In this document: positions 35,495-48,700 of the stretch, piece after piece
Layout: each line of letters begins with the position of its first letter
How positions within the stretch are numbered: position 1 is the first letter of the stretch
Assembly: GCA_016748015.1 (NCBI GenBank)
Contig: JAAOMT010000379.1
Coordinates: 234,042-298,041 of the forward strand
DNA from: Geosiphon pyriformis uo1
Lineage: Eukaryota; Fungi; Glomeromycota
DNA: 64,000 nt
Direction of reading: 5' to 3'
Notes under the pieces: model-generated
What the model was told of the DNA's origin: nothing
Databases searched by the model: none
What the model saw: the letters and a program-made list of their open reading frames with translations, nothing else
Program-made: the position numbers and the translations under genes

Positions 35495-35770
35495 ATCACT
35501 AATGGTTTTGTGTTTCGTGGGGTCGGTTAATATTTTGTGATGAATACAAAAAAAAATTGTGAAAAAATAAATGGAAATGCTTATTTTGAAATTTTAAATA
35601 CCAACTTGTTACTGTTTAAAAAGGCAATTAAAATTTTATTAACTGGCCGACGAATTCGTTAGATCTGAATCCAATTGAAAACATTTGGAAGTTGTTGAAG
35701 AAAATATCAAATCTTTCCAAAGAGGATTGAAGCAATATTAAATTCAAATGAAGGACTAACAAATTAATAA
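35495..35770 (+). mobile_element. Tc1/mariner transposase remnant
   Basis: 35641-35700 translates NWPTNSLDLNPIENIWKLLK (Tc1 motif WP..SPDLNPIEN.W), followed by FPKRIEAILNSNEGLT (C-terminal MP.R..A.I...GG.T pattern). Internally deleted. Confidence 0.8.
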
Positions 35771-36149
35771 TTAGATATAATTTTTTATTTGATGTATAAA
35801 TTGTATTTGTTCAGTTACAATTACATGCACAAAAATATTCCGAGTCTTTCTGGGTTTTTCATTCAATTTTTTTTTGAGAGGAGCTAATAATACCCACCTT
35901 AGAGAGATAAAAAATCATCTCCTTAGTTTCAAAAAAATGAATCAAATCTCAATTGTTAATTTTAACCAGAATGATCATTAAGAAAAGTCTCAATTTCAGT
36001 CGTACCCCACAAAAAATTTGAAAATTGTTTTAATTTTGTACATTTTTGATTTTATACTTCAAAACTTGGAACATATAAATACAGTAAAAAAGAAAAAAGT
36101 ATCTAACAAAAAGTATTCTGGAAATCAATAAAAAGTAACCTTTCATGAT

Positions 36150-37116
36150 TTTTTTCAATCGTATCATCACCACCAACAATTGGACGTAAAATATGTTTAG
36201 TCAAATGCCAACATCTTCAAAAAATTACTAAAACTTTAGGAAATCTATATAATGAGGTTAACTTTGGACACTGTAAAATAAATTTTCACAAATTCAATTT
36301 CTTTGAGGATTTTTCCACTTGATTTCAGGCCGACTTGCAAATAGTTTAAGTCTCCTGAACCCAGATACACTCTTAATCGTGATATTTTTGTGCATTTTTC
36401 TAAGACTATTCGGGCGTTGACAAATGATCTATTTCCAAAATTTCTTTAAGATGGTTAAAGATAAGGATTTTATTAGATTTAAAAATTTTATTTAGTTCTC
36501 ACTACCCACCAATTGCTGATAAAAATTTTTGATCAAATGATACGTCTGAGTTGGGGCCAGGGCCATATACCAAGCTGACTCTTCGAAAAACGAAAGATGC
36601 CAAATAAGATGAACCCATTTAAACTTGTGAAATCCATTTCCCAGTAGTTCATTCTCATTAAAAAATGGGGACCATTTACAAAGTTTATCGATCTAATTCG
36701 AAATAAATCGAAATATTTTTCAGTCTGGCTTCTGCACCAATCTTTTGATTTTTTTGTTTTAATTGTGTCAGATCGATTGTTTCTATGAACTTTGGATATT
36801 GGAATAATATTTTATGACGTCTATAAATGTTCAATCGAGTACGTGTGAATTGAGCTACTTTTTTGAAATGTTGAAGCTTTTTTATTAAATAAATCTCGCT
36901 TTTCCTTCTCAGTTAAGAGGGTCATTAAACCATCAATTATTTTTTGTCGTGAACTTAGGTTTTCCCATTGAACGGTCTTCGCTAAAGTATTGGAATTCCA
37001 TTTTCGACTAACGAGGATTACGGCGAAAAGTGGTTGATTGTCATGATCAAAGTCAGATGCTGGCAAAAACTGGCAAAAATATTTTCCAAAATTTCAATTG
37101 GAAGATATTGGGCCAT
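36150..37116 (-). pseudogene. F-box protein pseudogene
   Basis: ATG 37116 MAQYLPIEILENIFA, a frameshift, then PLFAVILVSRKW...QKIIDGLMTLLTEKEKRDLF, followed by stops. The 3' end is approximate. Confidence 0.65.
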
Positions 37117-37256
37117 TTTTGTAGAAAAAGAAAAAAAGTAATGGAGATCTTTAATTAATTGAAGATAGTTTGGATTCTAAGTTGTAAGAGAGGAACCTTA
37201 ACTAAATAGGCGTTTAAAACAACTGATAATCGGTTTCGACAAGACGGTAGTATTAA

Positions 37257-37335
<79 letters not shown>
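37257..37335. repeat. (ATAG)n microsatellite, about 19 units
   Basis: Read directly. Confidence 0.97.
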
Positions 37336-37336
<1 letters not shown>

Positions 37337-37850
37337 ATACAATAGACTACAATTTTCTTGTAACCAAGGCAAAAATTTTAAATATTGGCAACGAAAGAAT
37401 TAAAGTTTTTTTATGCATAAATATGTAAACAAACCCGTGCTACTAAGAATCTTGGAGACAGTCAATTGGAAAATTTAAAAGTATAATATACCAAAACTTA
37501 TCATATGCAAGATATTTCTTGGGCTTGAATTAGTTGGTCTTTTGAGCCGATGATAAAAATTTTACAAATATAATAGGAAGTTAGAAACCGTAATTCTTTG
37601 CATGTTTTTTAATCTTTTTTATTAGGGTGAAATAACTTCTGCTTGAATTTATTGAAAGTTTTCTTATCTTTAATAAATACAATTTTAAATAAAAGTTTTT
37701 TAAGAGACAATTGATATTTTTCCTGTTTAAAAAAAATACACAATTTTATTATAAGTTTGACAATAAAAAACTTGTAAAAAGAAATCTCATGAAAACTTAT
37801 TATCTCAAATTGATGAAAAAAAAATATCTGAACACATAAATTTTAAAAAA

Positions 37851-37854
<4 letters not shown>

Positions 37855-37901
<47 letters not shown>
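37855..37901. repeat. (TTA)n microsatellite, about 15 units
   Basis: Read directly. Confidence 0.95.
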
Positions 37902-38919
37902 GATTCATTCACATTTTTCGTCATTTCATTAATAAATTTTAAAATGGTTATCTCTAATTGTTTGGATCTTATTTATAAATCAAATTCAAGGATTATTTAT
38001 TCAATAAATAAATTTATTCTTGTAGAATTCTTCCTCTTGAAAATTTTATTACCTTTTAAAAACCCAGAATAAAAATCTTCATACTGTGAAACAAAATTAT
38101 TTATTAAAATATTTATAACTAGCCTTATTATAATGATTTTTATCATAATTAAAAAACTTGAAAACCTACAAGTAATTAGTAATGAAAATAATGAAAATTA
38201 TGAATCAAAAAGGGTCTTACATTATGTCTCATAGTTTCAAAATCTCCAACAATTCATTATACAAATCAATTTTAGAACTCATTAAATTTTTTTCATAATA
38301 CTGTAACATTTATATGGCTCATAAAGAGGATGTACAATAGTGGAAGGTTTTGAAAATAAAATTTCTTCACCAGCAATATTAATACATGAGGAAACATATT
38401 TTTCCTCCTAGCCAAAATTAACTCTAATATCAATGAGTTGGGTTTATAAAAGTAACGCAATTTTTTTTATTTCAAATGTATATATTAATGATATTCCTTA
38501 GAAAGGAAAATTTTTTCAATCTTTCCCCGATAAACCTGAACAATTGCGTCATTGATGAGACCTGTTACAAAGCTTTTTTAATTTTATAAAGAAATTGGGA
38601 ATTCATTTTGGATAATGTTAAACATCAATAGTTTTTCACAAAACACAGAATGAATTTCATAATTTGTATGATTTATCAATGAAAAGTTTTGATTTTGAAT
38701 AAGATGTTTTAAAAGAATTTAATATTAAGTTAATACATATAATCAACGAGCATGAATGTAAAATAATCGCTATTAAATACAAATTTGAGTTGAAGATCTA
38801 TAGGTAACCTTGTTGGTTGGTCGATATTTAGTGATTTCTCATTTAAATTTGGATCAACTTGAACAAATATTTTCTGATGACTAAAATATTGCAAAATTTA
38901 AATAAAGTTCAGTTGAATT

Positions 38920-39687
38920 CTAAGAAGTTAAAATCTTTTTACAAGTCGGACATTTTTTCTCCACAGTATGGAATTCATCCATGACAAAGGGTACCCAAGC
39001 CAATGGGAAAAAGAATAAACATAAAAGTGCAGCCACCATTACACCTTGATCCGTAACACGTCGCTCACTAATTGGATTGGAAACTTGTATTTGACAAGTT
39101 GAGCAAAAATTAGGCAAAGTTGGAGGCCCGTTTGGAAACCCCTCTACTACATGAATAATAGTTGGTTGATGGTCTAATGTATATGGTTGCGGCTGCTGTT
39201 GTTGGTATTGTTGTGGCTGCTGTTGTTGGTATTGTTGCGGCTGCTGTTGTTGGTATTGCATCTGCTGCTGTTGTTGGTATTGCATTTGCTGCTGTTGTTG
39301 GTATGCCTGCTGTTGTTGTTGCTGTTGTTGTAGTTGTTGTTGTTGTTGTTGTTGTTGCTGATGTTGTTGTAGTTGTTGTTGTTGTAGTTGTTGTTGTTGT
39401 AGTTGTTGTTGCTGTTGTTGTTGTAGTAGTAGTTGTTGTTGTAGTTGTTGTTGTTGATATGGGGCTTGACTTGAGACATTTTGGGATATTTCATTTATTG
39501 AGTAAGTGGGTGGTGGTGACCCGAGAGGTGGTGGGGGTTCACTTGGGGGTCCCAAAGATGATGGTGGTGGCCCACTTAGGGGATCGAAAGATTTTGGTGG
39601 CTGATACAACTGTGAGCTATCTTTTGAACCACTTTGCAGCCCTGGAGACTGTAGCATTGTTAAAGAGTCATTATTCTGAGCTTGCAT
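38920..39687 (-). CDS. LITAF-like zinc-ribbon membrane protein with Pro-rich/PPxY N-terminus and long polyQ tract
   Basis: CSTC ... hydrophobic VMVAALLCLFFFPLAWVPFVM ... CPTC is the LITAF architecture. PPPTY motif present. First in-frame ATG at 39687. Confidence 0.85.
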   Translation of the reverse strand: MQAQNNDSLTMLQSPGLQSGSKDSSQLYQPPKSFDPLSGPPPSSLGPPSEPPPPLGSPPPTYSINEISQNVSSQAPYQQQQLQQQLLLQQQQQQQLQQQQLQQQQLQQHQQQQQQQQQLQQQQQQQQAYQQQQQMQYQQQQQMQYQQQQPQQYQQQQPQQYQQQQPQPYTLDHQPTIIHVVEGFPNGPPTLPNFCSTCQIQVSNPISERRVTDQGVMVAALLCLFFFPLAWVPFVMDEFHTVEKKCPTCKKILTS

Positions 39688-41578
39688 TTTAATGAAATTT
39701 TCTTGGCTCAATTCAAAATAAATGCGAAAGAACTTCAATTTCTTTCACAACCCAATATCATTTTATATAAATGTTAATTTGTAATTTGAGATTAATTATT
39801 GTAATAACCTGCCGTCAAACATTGGAGTTTCGTGTAGGTTTGACAGATCATCCGTTATCTACATCAAAGAAGCATACTGGCGAATATTTGTCTGAATTTA
39901 TAATTAGAACTTCCTATTGAGATACCATCTGTATGCAGGGATAACGTTTTTTTTTAATATCTGAAATATTTCAACACTATTATATACTTTTTTTCTAATG
40001 GATCCGAAAAATTTTAATGTGACAATGAATTTATTTTCTCGGTAGGGATTTTATTCTCGTTTCTCCCATTTCTTTCTTTAGTCATTCAAAGAAAAAAGAG
40101 TTTTTTGGTGGGCTTCTATTAATATTGAAAAAGTGAATAAAAAAAGTGGTCACTTTTTTAGTCTCTACCCAACCCCCTCCCTGCAGCACCTCTATCCGAC
40201 TAAGATGAGACCAAAAGATTATAAAAATCAATCAAACTTTTTTTATTCGGCTTCTAAAATTCGTATCAGGTATTTCAATCTCATAGGCAGAACCGCAGCA
40301 ATACAATAAACTGTGATTCAGCTCGAAAATATCGAAAAGCAGACATTTAAGATTCCAGATGTTGGCCAAGTGGGAAAAAAAATTCGGAGAAATTGATTCT
40401 TCAGTAAATGGATTTGAAATAAAAAATATTTAAATCCGGATTTACAACCTCAGGGTTATAACTCTTCAAAATGATAATGAGTGGAGTAATTTAGCATTGT
40501 TTCATCGATTCGAAATTACTTTATTCAATTTTTAAGTGGACTTGGCTAAATTTCACTTGGGTATTCCCTGGAAAAAATTTCCTAATCAGCTTGGACACTA
40601 GGCTTCACAGATTTATGGGTATCTGCAATAAAAATAATTGTATGAATCAGGAATTTGTTTTAATTTATCTAACTGAATTTTCATACGAATGAAGTTTATT
40701 AATTTTTCATTTTCTCAAAAGGAGGTTATTAAAATGATAAATGCCTTTATAACTTCTCGAAATTATTTCTCTTTGTACAAAACGTATTAAATCTGATTAC
40801 GGTGGTGAATACATTTTCGGTGGGATTAATGGATCACTTTTTTACCGGACAGATCAGATATATATATTCCAAAACTTTTTGGCAGATCAGAGATAAAATT
40901 ATGTTAATATTAATGAATCGAATGTTGGCTGGCTGGACAACAATTTATTATTGATATTAGCATAACGAAAAAGGGAATTTCTGGCAGGACTTTTTACATT
41001 GATCGTGAGTAAATTATTTGAATCAAGTTCGGTTTAAGCTGCTTTAGCTATGGACCTTATACGTGACAAGTGGTCCAGATCTGATGGTCGGTGCTATTCT
41101 GGATCCCTTTAAACTAGGGTAAGTTAAAAGATTTCATTTCCACATTTTGTCGATTGTAGATTTCGGGATTAATTATCACAAAATTCTTCATGGATTCTTG
41201 GTGGAAAAATGTCTGCGCAAACAAAATTCTGCTACTATCTACAAATAAACTATATGTTGAATTTTTATTGGTGAGATAGGCTATTTTCGATTGAGAGTAA
41301 GACAGAGTTGGGTTTGCAACCCTTGTATCCATGAACAAATGACTCAAAGTTTTTACCCTTAATTTCGTATTTAAATCAACAAATTCTTAGAGGTCGAATA
41401 TTTTTAATAAATCTTTATGAAAATTAAAAAGTTTTCATAGTCTAGAAAATGAACCAAATTTTATAGCTAATAGCCAATTACTATGTAATTTTATTATCAA
41501 ATAAATTACATTACATTAATTAAGATCTTTCGAAAAAATAAAAAATTGTCAAGCCTTTATTCTACTCAAAAAATCGAC

Positions 41579-43149
41579 TCAATTCTTTGGAAAAATTTGA
41601 AAAACTTCATAATTTTCAATTTTAAAATTCAGCTTTTTCCTTTGTTGTACATTCCACGTATCCAAAATATCGTCTTCAAAATGAAAACGCCTATACCAGC
41701 TAGAACCCACGATATTACATTGATTTCCTATGAACAAGTCATTATAAAAACAAGGCCCGTAATTCGGGTGAAAAACAACAGTTTTATTCTCGTTTGAACT
41801 TGTCGCAAATTTGGCTTGTGTGATGTCTTGGCCGTTGGGGAAAGAGAAAATTGCAGTATCTGGATCAAATCGATGGCCTTCTTGATTGCTTGATGGTTGA
41901 TAGTTGGCAATGTCTCTCTCAAGATCAACCTCACTACCCCAATCACTTGGATTATAGCCACCGATAATTATGTCAGAACCGGCTATTTTTGCAACAGTTA
42001 TTGTCTTTTGTTTACTTGCGCATGCTTTTCTAAACGCTTTTGCTCCGAAACCATCTCTTGTTGCTCGGTAGAGAAGGTGAAAGTTGTATGGATTTGTTCT
42101 GTCAGAGCGAGGAGTCAATTCCTCTTTATCAATTCTTAAAGTGATCCAATTAGCTTGTTGAGATGTGATTATTGCCGATTTAATAATTGATCTAGGGGGT
42201 AACTCTGTCATCCAACAATCAAGTTCTACATCTTTAGACTGACCTCCTTCGGTGAAATATGATAGCAATTTTGTCCGAATCTCTTTGGTTAAAATATGTT
42301 GAAATGGAGCAACGTAATCGGTATATTCTTTCGGCAGTATATCGTAAAACCTGATCAACGGGAAAAATTTACCAATACAATTCTGAAGAGCCTCAAAATC
42401 CGATTCCGTCCACTTTGTAGTATCCTGTTCTTCAATATTTGCGTTCGTAGTTCCCCATTCAATCAAAAAGTTCCAAATTTCAATCTCATGTAATCCAAGA
42501 TCTTGACGGTTAAGCAGTTTCAAAAGTGACCCTTCATCTAACAAAGTAAAATCGACAGACTCAAAAAATAAATGGCCATCTTCTTTCCACAGAGAATCTA
42601 TTTGTGATTTTAGCAAGTTAAAAGTTTCATGGAGATTTACTGCTTGGTAAACTGTCACAATGTTTTCTGAGATCCAGGTTTTTTTGGCTATTAAATGTTC
42701 CTGTGCATATGTTATTAGTTCTGGAATTTCTAATTCATCAGAAGCTAGTAGTAGGTGAAAGATGTCAGCCCCATTATGTTGGTCTAAATCGACAATTCCT
42801 GTGTACATGTATCTTGAATTGAAATTCCCAGGAGTCGCTTCAATTTAGAACTTTTTCTCAAGAAAATTCACAATCAAACTACACGTTCCTACACAAACCT
42901 TAAAATAATTTCGAAAACACATGGTGAAATGTTCGGTTTCTTAAACACAACCAACTCTCCCTCTTTTTTCACCCATTCTTGTGACAAGGCAGCTCGGAAA
43001 TACAGAGAACGATTACGAAGAATCAAAGTATGAGCCTTAAATTCTTTGGTGTTTGGCGGTTCCCCTGCTCTTATTATGATATTTGATTCATCACTGGTTT
43101 TAAGGATATTGGCAAGTGATTCTACTAGGTTTTTGGAAAAATCTTTCAT
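41579..43149 (-). CDS. BTB/POZ-BACK-TLDc domain protein (2 exons)
   Basis: IIIRAGEPPNTKEFKAHTLILRNRSLYFRAALS...KPNISPCVFEIILR|YMYTG (BTB); EIEIWNFLIEWG (BACK-like); FHLLYRATRDGF...IIGGYNP...YGPCFYNDL...IENYEVFQI (TLDc). Confidence 0.93.
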
Positions 43150-43588
43150 TTCAAAGTTTAATTTAATGAAATATAAGGAAAGATTGATCGGGCATTATTA
43201 TTTATATTATTAAGGAATCCTGATTGTCCCAGCCTCAGTGAATTAATTGTTGTAGTACCACACCAGTGTGGTACCATTTTCCATTGCACAAAAAGCATCG
43301 AATGAACGGGAGAACAGCGATTAAAATTTATACATATGCTTTGATAAAACGAAAAACACATGTAGCTTATATCTAATGGCTACTCCAATTTCATGATTGA
43401 TTGTCTAGCAAGAAAGACTTCAATGTATGTGCATTTACGAATTATTTAAAGGATGATTCTGGAATATTTCAATAAAAGGAAAAAGGCTAAAATACCCTTT
43501 CTTATTTGAAAACTGTACCAAATTCAGTGATTTCTGATTTGATATTTCCATGAATTTGCCTCATGGGTTCGTTATTGCTTATTCGTTT

Positions 43589-45746
43589 TTATACTTCAGC
43601 CCTGGAATAATTTGAATTGTTTTTAAAATAGAGCAAAGTGACTCAAAATATTTCGACAATTCCTATCTGTTCCAAACTTACCACTCTAAACGTTGTCGTC
43701 GTGAATTACACCTACGTGTTGGAACATGAGGTTGAGTAATTTCAAGATCAGGATCCGGATCTGCGAATGGGTCGCGTTCAATTGAAGATTGTTTTTGCGA
43801 AGTATTACGAATTGATCTGAAGAGATTTAGAATAAAAATTGCAAGCGTAGAAAATCATCATAAGATGAAAGTTTTTGGTTTAATGAAATTGCGGACTTGT
43901 TGTGAAAATGTAGTATAAGGTATGAGAGCCAAACATACGTTGGTAGTGGAGGTGATATAAACGCATCAAAATCGATCAGGTTTCCAGAGTTTTGGCGTAT
44001 CTATAAGGAAAATACGGGATAAGTTAATTCAATAATGAGGATTTTTCAATTTTTTGACGGAAAAAAATGGGTTAAAATTCATAAATATCTACATTTGAAC
44101 TTTGGTAAAGTGAAGAAGATTGGTTTAAAGTTCCAAAACCAAATAAATCTTCATTATTTTTAGCAAATTCCTCTGATTTTTGATTTTTTTGGATATCGCT
44201 ATTATCGTTGAATAAGATATTTTCAGCTAGATCCTCGTATATTTGAAGTGCTCCCATCAATTGATCGTTGGTTTGTAAAAGTGGACCTTCGAAAAGAAGA
44301 AATTTTCATGAAACCCCGATCAAATGAGATAACTTTTTCGTAGGAATATAACGAAAGTTAAAAGATTTACCAAGTTGAGCCCCATCTGTGACCTTTTGAA
44401 TAATTTTTGCTAATTCTTTTGAAATTTCACGACATTTTTGTAGATATTTCTTTGAAATTAAAAATATATTAAAAGCTTAAAATTTGAAATCCCCCAATAA
44501 ACAATTTTGAAACAGAAATATATAAAGTACATACTTGAATTTCTTCGTTACCATTCAAAGCCTCTATACTCGTCCCAGACGGCAATAATGTTATAGCATT
44601 AATCAAATTTGTGGCATACTGATTCGCAATTCCAATTTCTTCATTGATCTTGAAAATAAATAATCAATTTAGGAAAAATGTGCAGAATTCTAGCAACGAA
44701 TTTTCGATAAAAATTTACCTTTGCAGCAGAAATAGGTTTTTCATCGGGGCCGCTACTTTTTGACAAACCCGAGTTAGATGAATTCGAAGTAGTTCTTTTT
44801 TCATTCTGTGCAATGTTTGATGATGGTGATGCACGAGAAGTGGTGGCCGTAGTATTTTGATAAGGGTTTTGACGACCCGGATACCCATTATTGTTTCGTC
44901 CAGCGACATATTGGTATAGTTGTGATAAAATTGTCATCCCTGGTTCACCTTTAAAGTCATTTTGCCATTGTAATAATAGATCTATGAGTTTTTTACGAAC
45001 TTGGGGGTCTGTTGACTGAAATTTTCAATTATTGAGTTAATCAGAATTTACGAAGCGTTTGAATTAAAATTAGAAAAATGGCTAAATCAAAACCTTACAG
45101 AGGAAGTAGCGTGACTCGTTATCCGGTCAATAAATTTTTGAGTAGCGATTTGAGTTTGGAATTTTGAACCGCAATTTTCTACGAGCGCTTTCAAAATCTA
45201 GTGAATATCAGAAAGTAAATTAGTTTCCGCAGAATACATAATTCAAGCAAAAATAAAGAGTTAAGAATCGATTAGATTTTCGAACCGTAAGAATTCGAAG
45301 TTGGGCATGTTTTAATCCGTACTTGAATACTCCACGAATCGCTTTACTTGCTTCTTTTGGTCTATAAAAAATTCAGTCAAATTTCACACACGTTAATACA
45401 ATAATTATTTTAAAGTAAGCATCAAACTTGGATTTTCACCCCTTTTTAAAATCTTTCCATATCCACGCTTTCCAATATAAACTTACCCATTTTCTTGTAA
45501 ATTAATCACCTCACATAAATGAAATATCTCCGAAAGGTCTTCTTCCTGGTAACGTTCTGTGGTCAATCGTTCTTTTCATTGAAACGATGAAAAAAACTTG
45601 AATATTTTAATACCGCTCCAGAGTGACCATCAATACCACATGTTATAATACTAAAAATAATCATACATCGTAATCCTATTTATGGATCATTTCTTACCTA
45701 TCCATTCTGTAACCGCTGTTCTGGTAGTTGTTTTAAAGACTCCCAT
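43589..45746 (-). CDS. LSB5: VHS-GAT endocytic adaptor, Lsb5/Tom1-like, multi-exon
   Basis: Spliced reading MGVFKTTTRTAVTEWI-ERLTTERYQEEDLSEIFHLCEVINLQENG-PKEASKAIRGVFKYG...LRILT-ILKALVENCGSKF (VHS); helical EEIGIANQYATNLINAI...LLQTNDQLMGALQIYEDL (GAT); clathrin-box-like LIDFD and DPFAD; stop after WAEV. The symbol is by best family resemblance. Confidence 0.8.
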
Positions 45747-48700
45747 GACTAAGATAAACTTTTATAAATTATTCATTCGATGAACGAGAAGAGTGCAAAC
45801 GAAAAAAAATAACATGCAGAAAACCCCAATCCGAGTAAGGGAAAGTTTTTAACGAGAAAAGAGGGGGATCAATGTGGCTTAGATGAATGTTCCGTGATAG
45901 CATAGGTAACGCAATTAAGTTGTGTGATGAAATGACAAAATAGGCACAAACAAAATATTTAAGTTGATTAAACACTTTATTGGGGTTTAAAAATCGATTG
46001 TAAATTTTTTACAATAGTTTTAATATATATTCTCCATAAATCTTGTGATAAATCTTTGACATTACTAAAAAAAAGTTTTTCATCAATCAAGCGGTCAAAG
46101 CTTCCATCTTGAGGTATGAAATCTTTGAAGGTTTAATGCTTTTTTAACTCCCTTTTACTGGACTTTTGAGGCTTGAATAAGTTACAATGGTTAAAATCTT
46201 TTGATAATCAACTTCTTACCAATCATTAATAAAATTTTTGAAAATAAAATACTTTTTGGTAAGTATTTTGTTCTTTATACATCAAGCAGCATTTAGATGA
46301 CAATTGAGAAAATTATAAGGTTAACCTATTGGTCGATAAAATATCTATTGCCAACAAAAATCTCAAGAGCTTGAGTGATTCGAAAATGTATGAGGAGGAT
46401 AATGTTGAAAGCTAAAAATATATGATGAAATCAGAAAAAGTTTTGAAAAATGACTAAAATCGTAATTATGATTGTTTCAAACATTCAAAAGAGGTAAATT
46501 TGATACAGATCGATAAAATAGGCCAAATAGTAAATTATCACAAAGATGGAAAGCATCATGGGATCAATATGATGTGAACGAAACGTATGAAGTACACTTG
46601 CATTAACCAGTAAACAAATTATTGCCCACCTTAAAACTTGGCAAATATTTAATATAGTAAAAGTTAACCATAATTTTTGTAATAATGATTTGTAAAAATA
46701 TTCAAGATCTAGACAATCTATTGGAGATTGCAGCTTCCCATATTTTAATTGCTTTCTATTTTTAATGTCAAAACCTCAGATTTTTTACTTTGTTAAAAAA
46801 GCACATTATTATCAAAATCCGATTAATATTGTCCAAGTTCCGCAAATTAGAATTCTGCAAAAAAGTTTTTCCAACATTATTGTTCGCAATTTTTTGCCAA
46901 GAATTATTAAGTAAGCACACTGGTGGAAATTAATGAAAATTGGCTACATCAAAAGGTTTGAAATTTTGACCATTATTTACGCAAAATGAACACAGAAATG
47001 TTTTATCAAAATACTAGTGATGTTCTCTAAAAGTTGTGATCTGTATTTAATATAATTTTTAAGATTTTTTCGATGAGATCTCTTTCTTATATTTTCGAAT
47101 GAAGAAAAGGATTGGATTCTCATGATGCAATAATTGAAATTCTAAAGCAAAACGACTCTAGTTTTTTCCTTGAAGCAAAAAATTTTGATCAATTTTTCTG
47201 ATTTGGTTTGATTTTTAAATTTGAAAGTCACTTTTTTTTGAATTTCCTTTTTCTATGGGACTAGATCGCAGATGAAATCGATTTCATTTCTGAAAATCTT
47301 TTTAAAAGGGTCAATACTGCGAGTGAGAAGATTAAATATTTAAACGTAAATAAATATACTTATGCCAATGGTGTTTGGATAAGTGGACTGTCTTTTTCTG
47401 TTTAAATTTGACATCCTTATATTTTAATGGGAAGGTTTTTTTCCTGTTTGTTTTGTTTTAAGTTTTATGAATATTCTATATGGCTTTTTGACCTTAAAGA
47501 CATGCTAACAAAGGAAAAACTATGGGATATTAGCTTAATTGCATCAGGAATACCAAAGTTTAAGATTCCATGAAAAAATTTCAAATGGAAATTTTCTTGA
47601 AAGATGGAATTTTTAGTTTGAGTTAATGATAGACACTTAAGGGTTATAAAACATATTTTTATGAACAGATTGCTGCCTATCAGAAAATAGTGTATAAAAG
47701 AACTTTTGAGATTGGACAATTCAATTAAGGATATCTGCTAATTAGCCCAAGACAGCTCATATTTTTGGCTTTTGCTTTGGGAAATAGTCTTGGACAATTA
47801 TTAATGCGACTCATGAGTTAATATGAAGAAGTTTTTAATTCAATTTTTTAATATGTTTTGAATTAAAAGGATGTCAGAAAGAAAAAACTTCTTAATATCA
47901 GAATTTATATTTTGCCATTGGACTAGACTCAATTGCATTTGGTTCAAATTTAACTTGAAAACAAAATGAAAAAAGAAATAATATAATTTTAAGGTATATT
48001 AAGATATATATTTAAAATTTTAAAAAAAATCTGAGTTTTCATTCAAGATAAGAAAAAGAATTACAAAGATAATTGAAAAATGTGTAATTGAATTGGTATT
48101 AAAAAAATGTCAAGTGTTTTTTATTGATATTTATGAGCTTTCTAACATATTGTTTAAGTCTTGTTGTCTTTATTGGGATTGAATACTCGAAGAATACAAA
48201 GATCCTGGAATTTTTAACAAAAACATACAAAAGGAAATGATAGATAATCGACACGATTTAATGACTCACAAAGCAAATCCCATTATTATTTTTGGACAAG
48301 ATTTAGAAGATTACATCCAAATATAAATTATTAGGTTTTTTTCGGACAATTTTTGTTTGGGTCGAAAATTTTTTTGGTTGACATTATAGAGGATTAATTA
48401 CTTTTGTGGAACAGCAAATGGTAAATGCCTAATAAAACTTTTAGACCTCAAATCATCATTTAAAGTAATTTTCCAAATTTTGTGTCCCAACTGATAATAA
48501 AAATCAAACTTTATGTTAAAATAATAGTTTTCAATTAGAACTATCATGAAATTTTAATTTTTTAATTAAATAATAAAAATAAAAACTCTCGCGAAAGCTT
48601 ATATTTATTATTTTGAGTTAATCACTACTAAATAATTGGAAGCTATGTCATGAGATTTATAGTCACAGGCATGAATTAAATGAAATTTTACAAAAAATTG

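Noticed and set aside
39162-39692. Poly-Val (+) and poly-Asn (-) ORFs
   Set aside because: Alternative frames of the CAA/CAG polyQ tract of the LITAF gene.
46100-48400. Moderately GC-richer stretch that may be a decayed gene
   Set aside because: No recognisable motif in any frame I could read; left unannotated.
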